A DNA stretch of 13,488 nt from a virus (Duplodnaviria; Heunggongvirae; Uroviricota; Caudoviricetes). The notes below the pieces were generated by a model, which saw only the letters and a program-made list of their open reading frames with translations, did no database searches and was not told the origin of the DNA. Below, in pieces: positions 1 through 7,397 of the stretch; positions within the stretch are counted from its first letter, which is position 1; every line of letters begins with the position of its first letter. Position numbers and translations under genes: made by a program. Where the stretch lies: IMG/VR virus record IMGVR_UViG_2534681835_000038, positions 1-13,488 of that record. One strand, written 5' to 3'.

Positions 1-678
1 ACAGTGGCACGTCTCATGGCGGTTATGGGACTTGCCGGTGTTCTCCGGGGTAAAAAGGTCCGTACGACCATCAGCCGGAAAGCCGTTGCCGCAGGCGACC
101 GCGTAAACCGTCAGTTCGTGGCAGAACGACCTGACCAGCTGTGGGTGGCTGATTTTACTTACGTCAGCACATGGCAGGGCTTCGTCTATGTGGCGTTTAT
201 CATTGATGTGTTTGCCGGATACATCGTGGGGTGGCGGGTCTCATCGTCTATGGAAACGACATTCGTGCTGGATGCGCTGGAGCAGGCGTTGTGGGCCCGT
301 CGTCCGTCTGGCACCATCCATCACAGCGATAAAGGCTCTCAGTATGTGTCACTGGCCTATACGGAGCGACTAAAAGAAGCCGGATTACTGGCATCAACAG
401 GGAGTACAGGCGACTCGTATGACAACGCGATGGCTGAGAGCATCAATGGTCTTTACAAAGCGGAGGTAATACACCGTAAGAGCTGGAAAAACCGTGCAGA
501 AGTGGAACTGGCCACACTAACGTGGGTGGACTGGTATAACAATCGACGATTGCTGGGAAGGCTGGGCCATACTCCTCCGGCAGAAGCAGAAAAAGCTTAT
601 TATGCTTCCATCGGAAACGATGATCTGGCAGCCTGAGTTCACAGATAAAACACTCTCCAGGAAACCCGGGGCGGTTCA
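1..678 (+). mobile_element. IS3-family insertion sequence, right-hand portion (left part outside window); right end approximate
   Basis: Encodes the C-terminal 210 aa of an IS3-family OrfB transposase (4-636); the interrupted terminase gene on the opposite strand loses homology at about 678. Terminal inverted repeat not identified by eye, so the exact end (640-690) is uncertain. Confidence 0.8.
4..636 (+). CDS. IS3-family transposase OrfB (integrase-core / DDE domain), N-terminally truncated by window edge
   Basis: Translation has the typical IS3 OrfB core (WVADFTY...IIDVFAGYIVGW...HSDKGSQY...YDNAMAESINGLYKAEV...WYNNRR) with the D, D, E catalytic spacing. ORF runs from the first base of the window to TGA at 634-636. 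Confidence 0.9.
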   Translation: MARLMAVMGLAGVLRGKKVRTTISRKAVAAGDRVNRQFVAERPDQLWVADFTYVSTWQGFVYVAFIIDVFAGYIVGWRVSSSMETTFVLDALEQALWARRPSGTIHHSDKGSQYVSLAYTERLKEAGLLASTGSTGDSYDNAMAESINGLYKAEVIHRKSWKNRAEVELATLTWVDWYNNRRLLGRLGHTPPAEAEKAYYASIGNDDLAA

Positions 679-962
679 AGTTTTCCTTTTGACACCTCAT
701 TTTTTAACTGCTGTGTAACAGCCTGTTCTGCTGTCAGTTCCCATCTGGCAATAAGCAATTTTTCCTCATAGTCGTCTTCGCTATCGCCATCAGGCACATC
801 GTTTTTACTTCTCCTCAGATACGATATGTAAAAATCGCGCCAGGCATCCAGATCCAGTTGCCCTCGCTTATTTGATATCGGGGCACCCGGCAATTTCTGC
901 AATCTGCGAAGCTGGCGATCGGTCAGACTTAAATGCCTGGCAACTTCAGTCTGCGTAGCCAC
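639..962 (-). pseudogene. Terminase small subunit (Nu1/gp1-type, NohA-like) 5' fragment, truncated by the IS insertion
   Basis: GTG start at 962 preceded by GAGGTGAGGA. N-terminal sequence MATQTEVARHLSLTDRQLRRL and the later LIARWELTAEQA segment resemble the small terminase winged-helix region. Only about 95 aa remain before the ORF runs into IS-proximal sequence; it sits immediately downstream of cos, as in lambda. Confidence 0.7.
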
Positions 963-1002
963 TCCTCACCTCGCAAAAACTCTCACCTCACAATCACAAC
1001 AA

Positions 1003-1200
1003 AACCGGTCATGTCCGGTTTACATATCTGTTTTTTGTGCATGTCCGGTTCACAGAAGACCTGTTTTTATATTTTTCATATAGTTAACTTGAAGAGAAAC
1101 CGGACATGGTTCCCGGAAAATTTTCATAAATAGCGAAAACCCGCGAGGTCGCCGCCCCGTAACCTGTCGGATCGCCGGAAAGGACCCGCAAAATGATAAT
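1003..1200 (-). other. Cohesive-end site: cosQ/cosN (about 1125-1196) plus three copies of an 11-mer CATGTCCGGTT (putative cosB R sites)
   Basis: Reverse complement of 1125-1190 reads GCGGGTCCTTTCCGGCGATCCGACAGGTTACG|GGGCGGCGACCTCGCGGGTTTTCGCTATTTATG, matching the lambda right end / left end across cosN as I remember it (12-nt cohesive end GGGCGGCGACCT = 1146-1157). 11-mers at 1010-1020 and 1040-1050 (direct) and 1098-1108 (inverted) lie between cosN and the terminase start, where lambda has R3/R2/R1. Confidence 0.75.
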
Positions 1201-1356
1201 AATTATCATCTACATGTCACAACGTGCATCTACGCCATCAAACCACGTCAAATAATCAATTATGACGCAGGTATCGTATTAATTGATCTGCGTCAACTTA
1301 ACGTAAAAACAACTTCAGACAATACAAATCAGCGACACTGAATACGGGGCAACCTC

Positions 1357-1551
1357 ATGTCAACGAAGAACAAAACCCGCAGAACAACAACCCGCAACAT
1401 CCGCTTTCCTAACCAAATGATTGAACAAATTAACATCGCTCTTGAGCAAAAAGGGTCTGGGAATTTCTCAGCCTGGGTCATTGAAGCCTGCCGTCGGAGA
1501 CTAACGTCAGAAAAGAGAGCATATACATCAATCCAAAGTGATGATGGATGA
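1357..1551 (+). CDS. Small (64 aa) ribbon-helix-helix-like DNA-binding protein
   Basis: Basic N-terminus then RNIRFPNQMIEQINIALEQKGSGNFSAWVIEACRRRL, a strand-helix-helix pattern typical of Arc/CopG-type proteins. ATG start; weak GGGG Shine-Dalgarno. Resembles small prophage proteins found near the Nu1 homologue in E. coli cryptic prophages, but I cannot assign a name with certainty. Confidence 0.55.
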   Translation: MSTKNKTRRTTTRNIRFPNQMIEQINIALEQKGSGNFSAWVIEACRRRLTSEKRAYTSIQSDDG

Positions 1552-1738
1552 ACATCCCGGTTTCTTCCACCATCGCACCGGAAAAGCGACTATGAGGGTA
1601 ACCCTGCGTCTGTCAGCACAGTAAAACCCGGTGTGCATCGTTTTTGATTATTCCCGCACACTCACGCAGAAGGAATTCCCCGTCGGGCTACGGTCATGGT
1701 TAATGCGGGAATACGGCGACGATACAGCGCATAATGTG

Positions 1739-2287
1739 TCAGGCTTGAATACCTTTATCGAATCCCGGTAATAAAAACTGTCCCTGTCTCTCCAGACGTT
1801 CCAGCTTTGCAAGCAATTGAGGTTTTTTCGTTCTCCCCCAGCGATTGAGCAAACGGCCTGACATGCTGGCGACATCCTTCTCTTTCATGTACTCCAGCAT
1901 TACGGCGTTACGTTCTGCTTCATAACTTTCGCTGTACTTACGGAGTTCTGCTGACATCCAGTTAAACGCATTGATATAGGCTTCTTTAACAGCATCGGCT
2001 TTTGCCCCGTTAAATCCCATAACCAGCATAACGAAGCCACTAAAGTCCATGCGGTAGTAAATCTGTTTCTTGTCAAAAATCCCTAAGTCATTGATTTTCT
2101 CGACGGCCCCAAAATGGGTTGTCGAGAATTCCTCAGAACATCTCAAACATTTAATAGCCCTAATCACATGCTGATGGCGTTTACCAAATGCCCTGGCAAT
2201 CTGGAAGGTGTCAGTTACCGGTTGACCTTCTGCTGCGGTAACTAACTGGCGAAAGTCGAAGTCATGATTCGCAATTAATTCATTCAT
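1739..2287 (-). CDS. Rha-family phage regulatory protein (antirepressor-like)
   Basis: Contains the Rha signature (LVTAAEGQPVTDTFQIARAFGKRHQHVIRAIKCL). Start placed at internal ATG 2285-2287 (MNELIANHDF...) rather than the GTG at 2356 used by the ORF track, because Rha proteins normally begin just upstream of this motif. Confidence 0.75.
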   Translation of the reverse strand: MNELIANHDFDFRQLVTAAEGQPVTDTFQIARAFGKRHQHVIRAIKCLRCSEEFSTTHFGAVEKINDLGIFDKKQIYYRMDFSGFVMLVMGFNGAKADAVKEAYINAFNWMSAELRKYSESYEAERNAVMLEYMKEKDVASMSGRLLNRWGRTKKPQLLAKLERLERQGQFLLPGFDKGIQA

Positions 2288-2439
2288 GGCGTTGCCTGCT
2301 TCTTTGAAATGAACCTTTGCCGCACAGGAAACCAGCCCACCGAGGCTCGCCAGCACTAACTGGTATCCTCAAAGGCCCATTCCAAAGGGTCAGGTTCGGT
2401 GTTTATTGTGCGCTGCGGTGCGCGGTGAAATACCGGTAC

Positions 2440-2468
2440 AAAAATGCCCCGCATCTGCGAGGCATTTT
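2440..2468. terminator. Putative bidirectional intrinsic terminator between Rz and the Rha gene
   Basis: Hairpin AAAATGCC-C-CGCA-TC-TGCG-A-GGCATTTT with A-run on one side and T-run on the other; lies 38 nt downstream of the Rz stop. Confidence 0.35.
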
Positions 2469-2505
2469 CCTGAAAGTCACTTGTTAAATTTCAGTGAAAT
2501 TAAAA

Positions 2506-2943
2506 TTATTTTAAGCACTGCGTCCTGATGTATTCCTGCAGGTAGTTAACCTGCGCGGTTATCTTGTCGATTCCACCTCGGAGACGGTAATAATTGAGTT
2601 CAGCATCTGCTGTAAATCCTGGGCTTTCTCCATCGCCCATGCTGCTGGCTCCGGTCGTTGACTTTGCACAGGTGGCGGAGACTTGCAGGCGCTTACGACC
2701 AGCAGAAACATCGGCACGGAGACTTTCGATAGTCGCGTTAGCATCAGCAAGTTCCTTTGTATATCTTGCGTCGAGTTCTGCTACATCACGTTGACGCTTC
2801 TGCATATCAGCGATGATGGATGTGGCTTTATCGCGCTGCTCTTTGTAGGCGATGGCGTTATCACGGTAATGATTAACAGCCCATGACAGGCAGAGGATGA
2901 TGCAAATAACCAGAGCGGAGATAATCGCGGTTACCCTGCTCAT
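2506..2943 (-). CDS. Rz: Rz i-spanin
   Basis: Translation [36 protein letters not shown]... is near-identical at the N-terminus to lambda Rz. ATG 2941-2943 overlaps the endolysin TGA (ATGA). Start placed at MSRV, not the upstream extension in the ORF track. Confidence 0.9.
   Translation of the reverse strand: MSRVTAIISALVICIILCLSWAVNHYRDNAIAYKEQRDKATSIIADMQKRQRDVAELDARYTKELADANATIESLRADVSAGRKRLQVSATCAKSTTGASSMGDGESPGFTADAELNYYRLRGGIDKITAQVNYLQEYIRTQCLK
2559..2750 (-). CDS. Rz1: Rz1 o-spanin (lipoprotein) embedded in the +1 frame of Rz
   Basis: Signal peptide with lipobox VVSA|C followed by a Pro-rich mature region ([16 protein letters not shown]...), entirely inside Rz as in lambda. Confidence 0.75.
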   Translation of the reverse strand: MLMLTRLSKVSVPMFLLVVSACKSPPPVQSQRPEPAAWAMEKAQDLQQMLNSIITVSEVESTR

Positions 2944-3437
2944 TGCTGCCCCCACAAACAGACTTCACGCTCAATCTCACGACGAGTCATCAGGCCTTTC
3001 CATTGCTTACCGCCAGCGTATGTCCAGCGACGTAGCTGGTCACATGCGCCTTTGATATCGCCCTGGTTTATTTTGCGAAGAAGCGTCGATGTTCTGAAAT
3101 TACCAGCGCCCACGTTGTAAACGAACGAGTAAAGAGCGCCGCGCGTTGTTTCCGGTATATCGACTTTGATGTACGGGTTAATTTGTCTGGCGACCGTGGC
3201 AAGGTCTTTATTCAGGAGGGCTTTGCATTCTGCTTCGGTATACGTTTTACCGGGAATGATGTCTTTTCCGGTGTGTCCGTGACATACAGTCCATACGCCA
3301 ACGATATCTTCGTATGGTATGTAGCTGACACCTTCCAGGCCATCGTCACCACTCGGACCAGTGATGAGCACAGACGCTATGGCAACAGCCCCACCACCAA
3401 TAGCAGCAGCAACAGCCTTGCGTAATGATGGCGACAT
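2940..3437 (-). CDS. R: SAR endolysin (T4-lysozyme-type muramidase, phage 21 R / RrrD-like)
   Basis: N-terminal Gly/Ala-rich signal-anchor-release segment ([20 protein letters not shown]) then lysozyme core ([19 protein letters not shown]...). Closely matches the E. coli cryptic-prophage lysozymes RrrD/RrrQ as I recall them. SD AGAGGTG; start ATG overlaps the holin stop (TAATG). Confidence 0.9.
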   Translation of the reverse strand: MSPSLRKAVAAAIGGGAVAIASVLITGPSGDDGLEGVSYIPYEDIVGVWTVCHGHTGKDIIPGKTYTEAECKALLNKDLATVARQINPYIKVDIPETTRGALYSFVYNVGAGNFRTSTLLRKINQGDIKGACDQLRRWTYAGGKQWKGLMTRREIEREVCLWGQQ

Positions 3438-3652
3438 TATTCACCTCTCGCAGCCTTACGCTTATCTTCTTTAATCTTGAAATAAAGGTTTGTCAGATAC
3501 GTCAGCAAGCCAAACACCAGGCTACCCAATACGCCTATTGCCACCCACTGGGATGGGGAGACTTTGTCCAGCAACTGCAGTAGCCAGTATCCCGTCCCCA
3601 CCGCTGACGTGGTGTATGACACACCTGTTGTTATTTTTTCCATCTGGTACAT
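3437..3652 (-). CDS. S: Class II holin (phage 21 S21-type pinholin), dual-start
   Basis: [71 protein letters not shown] aligns along its length with phage 21 S (MKSMDKISTG...RRKAARGE). Two in-frame Met codons (3650-3652 and 3641-3643) match the antiholin/holin dual-start arrangement. SD GGGAGA 6 nt upstream of the first ATG. The ORF-track N-terminal extension is rejected. Confidence 0.85.
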   Translation of the reverse strand: MYQMEKITTGVSYTTSAVGTGYWLLQLLDKVSPSQWVAIGVLGSLVFGLLTYLTNLYFKIKEDKRKAARGE

Positions 3653-4060
3653 ACCCCGTCTCCCGTTATCCGGAAGCTGACAACAATAAAAAGCCACCAG
3701 TTAATTCCTGATGGCCCTGATGCATAAACGTCATAATACCTGACTGTTATGATTGACAATAATGATAATGTTTATATAGAAAGGTTCCCGATGTGTGTTA
3801 CATATCATTTCTCCACGGGGAATATCCCCACGCCAGCGCAGACTCTTTTACCCGTTCTCTTCTGCGCTGGCTCTTTTTTATTATGCTGCTGCATTTACCT
3901 CTGGCACCATGCTTTCTATCTCAACACAATACGTGGTACTTCTTGTAACCAATATCATAACGATTAATCGACATAGAATTTCTCCCGTGTACAGGAACAG
4001 AGTTAAAAAGCCGGAACCGGAATCAAATCACAGGATGACCATCTGCCAGTGGCAGGTCAT

Positions 4061-4087
4061 AAAAAAAAGGCCGCGCCATGCGCAGCC
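4061..4087 (-). terminator. Intrinsic terminator on the late (minus) strand between the moron and the lysis cassette (tR'-like)
   Basis: Minus strand reads GGCTGCGC-ATG-GCGCGGCC (8-bp GC-rich stem, 3-nt loop) followed by T8 (4068->4061). A second hairpin (ATGACC..TGCCA.TGGCA..GGTCAT, 4034-4060) follows immediately. Confidence 0.5.
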
Positions 4088-4272
4088 AGAACTCACAAGG
4101 AAAATGATAGAAGGAAATAACATTAGTGATGTACGCATGGCGCCTCCCGCTAAGTTCTGCAATGATCAAACAGAACTCGCTACGTGCCCTTAAAACTCGA
4201 TCATTTAGCCCCTCCAAGGAGGATTCACCATGCGGTTGATTTTTTAATAAACAGTAAACAAAAAAGTCAAGA

Positions 4273-4383
4273 ATTATTCATTCTGTTCTTTCATCATCGG
4301 CCACAGCAATACCACAATGCCGCAGACCAGAGCGCCATCAGTCAGTACCAACATTATCCTGCTGGTGAAATCCATCATCACCA
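4273..4383 (-). CDS. Possible 36-aa single-pass membrane peptide (below the ORF-track cutoff)
   Basis: MVMMDFTSRIMLVLTDGALVCGIVVLLWPMMKEQNE: one hydrophobic helix with a charged tail. No convincing Shine-Dalgarno; found by manual translation only. Confidence 0.2.
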
Positions 4384-4517
4384 TCACTAAAAGCAGGATC
4401 ACAACAGCAAGCAGACACAGTTTATAAAACAATGTTCAGAAAACGCATTCAGCATGCCTAAGGTTCTATTCCTACGAATAGCCAACTTGCAACTTAAAAT
4501 ATTATTTATGCAGCCAA

Positions 4518-5234
4518 TTAAATTCTGGTCCTTACAATATCAACCTGAAGATTCTTATCTTGTGCTGATTGATAAATGACAAACCTTTTACTACCTGCAT
4601 TGAAAGAAGTAGACAAAACCAGACAATTATCATAACGAGCAAGAACATAATACCAACCATCATTATAATTAATCATTTCATATTCTTTCTTAAACTGTGG
4701 TTTGTAATATCCTGTCAGAAATGAAAAAAGCCAGAAATATGCCACAAAAGCAATCATCACAATCTCAAAAAAATGTTTTTTTATAAATGGCTTATCATAG
4801 AAGCATGATACCGATAAAAATCGCCCATAAGATCTTATCGAAATTGTAACCGCCAGCGCAATCGCTGCTGACAGTAGCAAAAGAGGTACCTGAATCTTCT
4901 GTCTCAATATAGAAAACTCAATAATTGCCGGCACAAACAATAATTCCACAGCAAAATAAAGGCGAAATACATTTAGCTCTTGCATAGAATGTTTTCTTTT
5001 CACTGCGAAAAAGAATACAACACCAATACCCCAACCGATAAGAAATATAGCAATGACGATAACTGCAAAAAATAAACTTCTGGCAACATCATCAACACCT
5101 GCACCTACAATCCACCATGGGAAGCCGTAGTAAAAAGAAGTACCCCATCCATAGAAATAAGCACTCCCCCATCCAAGGCATCCCATGTAGGCAATAAAAA
5201 GTGAAGAACTCCTGAGCAGCGCACCATCCTTCAT
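4518..5234 (-). CDS. Polytopic inner-membrane protein of unknown function (AT-rich moron between pR' and the lysis genes)
   Basis: 238-252 aa ORF, strongly AT-rich codons, 5-6 predicted hydrophobic helices plus a roughly 50-aa hydrophilic C-terminus. Start placed at ATG 5232-5234 (MKDGALL...) preceded by GGGGTGG; longer starts at 5261 and 5276 lack an SD. No family recognised. Confidence 0.6.
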   Translation of the reverse strand: MKDGALLRSSSLFIAYMGCLGWGSAYFYGWGTSFYYGFPWWIVGAGVDDVARSLFFAVIVIAIFLIGWGIGVVFFFAVKRKHSMQELNVFRLYFAVELLFVPAIIEFSILRQKIQVPLLLLSAAIALAVTISIRSYGRFLSVSCFYDKPFIKKHFFEIVMIAFVAYFWLFSFLTGYYKPQFKKEYEMINYNDGWYYVLARYDNCLVLSTSFNAGSKRFVIYQSAQDKNLQVDIVRTRI

Positions 5235-5266
5235 AACCACCCCAATACAAGATGATAACATTGGCT

Positions 5267-5301
5267 TACAACTCATAACAAAAGCAATTCAATGCCGTCA
5301 A
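5267..5301 (-). promoter_or_regulatory. Possible sigma70 promoter for the membrane-protein gene
   Basis: Minus strand TTGACG (5296-5301), about 17-18 nt spacer, TGtTATGAG extended -10-like element (about 5270-5278), roughly 40 nt upstream of the ATG. Confidence 0.3.
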
Positions 5302-5435
5302 GAGGTTACAGGTTAAAAAAACTCTATTACATTGCAGTCAGCATGTTTACTACACAAATACAATTCAGAGCATAAAAACTACTCGGCGGCAGGTTATTGA
5401 GACTCATCAATGACATGTAAAAAACGCCCATTATT

Positions 5436-5471
5436 GGTGTCAAGTTTCCCCAAAGTTATTCAAAAAGTCAA
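5436..5471 (-). promoter_or_regulatory. pR'-like late promoter with Q-utilisation (qut) region
   Basis: Minus strand TTGACT-TTTTGAATAACTTTGGG-GAAACT-TGACACCAATAATGGG aligns almost position-for-position with lambda pR' (TTGACT-TATTGAATAAAATTGGG-TAAATT-TGACTCAACGATGGG) as I remember it. It lies 43 nt downstream of the Q stop. Confidence 0.55.
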
Positions 5472-5513
5472 TATTATGCCGTTAATATGTTGCCATCCGT
5501 GGCAATCATGGCG

Positions 5514-6137
5514 CTAACGTGTGATCGCATTCAAAATGTTGTCTGCGATTGACTCTTCCTTGTGGCATTGCACAACCAGAGCGTCATACAGCGGCTTAAC
5601 AGTGCGTGACCAGGTGGGTTGGGTAAGGTTTGGGATTAGCATCGTCACAGCGCGATATGCGGCGCTTGCTGGCATTCTTGAATAACCGACGCCTTTACAT
5701 CTTCCGCACTCTTTCTCAGCAACTATCCCCCACTGCTCTGTTTTGGCTATATCAACCGCACGGCCTGTACCGTGGCAATCTCTGCATCTTGCGCCCGGCG
5801 TAGCGGCACTACGGCAATAATCCGCATAAGCGAATGTTGCGAGCACTTGCAGTACCTTTGCCTTAGTATTTCCTTCGAGCTTTGCCACACCACGGTATTT
5901 CCCCGATACCTTGTGTGCAAATTGCATCAGATAGTTGATAGCCTTTTGTTTGTCGTTCTGGCTGAGTTCATGCTTACCGCAGAATGCAGCCATTCCGAAT
6001 CCGGCTTGTGATTGCGCCATCCCCATAGCAGCCATCACATCAGTACCAGAAAGAGAGTCAGAAGCCGTAGCCCGTGGTGAGTCGCTCATCATCGGGCTTT
6101 TTGGCGAATGAAATTTAGCTACGCTTTCGAGTCTCAT
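5514..6137 (-). CDS. Q: Late-gene antiterminator Q (lambda-type)
   Basis: 207-aa translation is essentially identical to lambda Q along its full length, including the zinc-binding CRDCHGTGR...ECGRCKGVG region. ATG overlaps the ninI stop (ATGA). Confidence 0.95.
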   Translation of the reverse strand: MRLESVAKFHSPKSPMMSDSPRATASDSLSGTDVMAAMGMAQSQAGFGMAAFCGKHELSQNDKQKAINYLMQFAHKVSGKYRGVAKLEGNTKAKVLQVLATFAYADYCRSAATPGARCRDCHGTGRAVDIAKTEQWGIVAEKECGRCKGVGYSRMPASAAYRAVTMLIPNLTQPTWSRTVKPLYDALVVQCHKEESIADNILNAITR

Positions 6138-6798
6138 GCGCCTTCTCCCTGTACCTGAATCAATGTGAGGTTTCCGCAGAACACTGCGCCAGTATCGATA
6201 TACATCTGGTTGGCAAATTTGAGTGGTTTCACTGCTGGCGTATGACCAAAGATGAACGTGTCCGCGCCTTTGATTTCTTTCACGATCCCGTCTTGTGAGT
6301 TGCTGATTCGTTCGCGGTTCCAGATTACCTGCTGATGATCAACTGGCTTTCCAAACTCGTATTTATCACAAGGATAATCGGCGTGGCAGATGACATATTT
6401 TTTCCTTTACTCACCAGTTCGATGATTAACGGAAGTTCATCTGCTTTATGGGCAAGAGCTTTAGCCAGAATTTCTTTGTCGTAATCGAGATTAAAGAACC
6501 AGCCACCGCCATTAAGCAGCCAGTGATTGACGTTTCCACGCTCTGATAAGCCATCAATCATCATTTGCTCATGGTTTCCACGTACAGCTCTGAACCAGGG
6601 GAATGTGATTAATTCCAGGCATTCTACGTTCTCTGTACCGCGATCAACCAAATCGCCCACCGAGATAAGCAGGTCTTTTTTGGTGTCGAATCCTATCGTC
6701 TCCAGTTTTTTCATCAGGTTCGTGTAGCATCCGTGCAGATCGCCAACTACCCAAATATTTCGGTATTTGCTGCCATCAATTCTTTCGTAGATATTCAT
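6134..6798 (-). pseudogene. ninI: Ser/Thr protein phosphatase (lambda PPase / NinI) with a -1 frameshift in a homopolymer run
   Basis: Residues 1-132 ([25 protein letters not shown]...GNHEQ...[10 protein letters not shown]) match lambda phosphatase. The frame is lost at the T6 run 6398-6403 (A6 on the coding strand). The rest of the protein (YVICHADYP...[37 protein letters not shown]) is encoded intact in the -1 frame down to the TGA overlapping Q. Confidence 0.8.
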
Positions 6799-7397
6799 GC
6801 AACCTCACTTCTGCTGTTTCGCAGTTTTTTAAGTTTCTGTTGATACTCCGCCTTGATGGCCCTGCACTCTTCGACAGTCCAGCGATAGCGGTTATGGTTT
6901 GATTCGATTTCCTCTACTGCTTCCTGCCCGATGCGGCTAATCAGTTCGACGCGATACGGAACGAGATTTCCGCTTTTGTGCTGGTTGCACACCACGCATT
7001 GCTTGTGAATATTGCGTTCATCAAATCGGAGTTGAGGTGCCGCAGCAGTTGTCCGGTAATGTCCGGCATCCCACTGAGCAGACGTGAGCGTTCCGCACGA
7101 GATACATGGTAAGTCGCGGTCTCTTTCTCTGATGAAGGCGTTTACGGCTTGTTGGGCTTGTTTAATCCAGTAACTGCGGGGCTTTAAGGCGAGTTTTCGA
7201 ATCTTCAGTTTATCTTTCTGTTTCTGCTCCTCTCGTCGTAGTTTCTTCTCTGCTGCTTTTTCCGCTTTTTCGCGTTCTTTACTTCGTCGTTCGAGTGCTA
7301 TCTTGGTTCCACAAATCTCATTACACCAATATTGATTTTGATATTTTGGTATAAACCATTCATTGCAACATTTACATTTCCTTCGATAGATTCGCAT
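6795..7397 (-). CDS. ninG: NinG (Rap-like recombination protein), re-initiated with a new N-terminus
   Basis: From [23 protein letters not shown] to the C-terminus the protein is near-identical to lambda NinG. The N-terminal 25 aa ([29 protein letters not shown]) are AT-rich and diverged but keep the Cys pattern. ATG 7395-7397 has a strong SD (AAAGGAG, 7-nt spacer) located inside the 3' end of the HNH ORF. Stop overlaps the ninI start. Confidence 0.85.
   Translation of the reverse strand: MRIYRRKCKCCNEWFIPKYQNQYWCNEICGTKIALERRSKEREKAEKAAEKKLRREEQKQKDKLKIRKLALKPRSYWIKQAQQAVNAFIRERDRDLPCISCGTLTSAQWDAGHYRTTAAAPQLRFDERNIHKQCVVCNQHKSGNLVPYRVELISRIGQEAVEEIESNHNRYRWTVEECRAIKAEYQQKLKKLRNSRSEVA

Noticed and set aside
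188-700. ORFs 188-373 (+) and 443-700 (-)
   Set aside because: Embedded in or antisense to the IS transposase gene; Trp/Arg/Cys-rich translations typical of out-of-frame reads.
2288-2356. Longer Rha-family start at GTG 2356 (ORF-track call)
   Set aside because: The extension (LASLGGLVSCAAKVHFKEAGNA) does not resemble Rha N-termini and lacks an SD; internal ATG 2285-2287 preferred, though not certain.
2594-3711. Plus-strand ORFs 2594-2794, 2683-2886, 3183-3425 and 3490-3711
   Set aside because: All lie antisense within the well-supported Rz, endolysin and holin genes and have no start context.
3749-4390. ORFs 3749-3967 (+), 3795-4193 (+), 4023-4217 (-), 4184-4390 (+) in the Q-S interval
   Set aside because: No convincing RBS, non-ATG or ambiguous starts, mutually overlapping, and the sequence is better explained by regulatory hairpins and a terminator. 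Not called as genes.
3700-4500. tRNA genes, which often occur between Q and S in lambdoid prophages
   Set aside because: I looked for T-arm-like GTTCGAATC/GTTCAAATC motifs and cloverleaf-compatible GC stems and found none.
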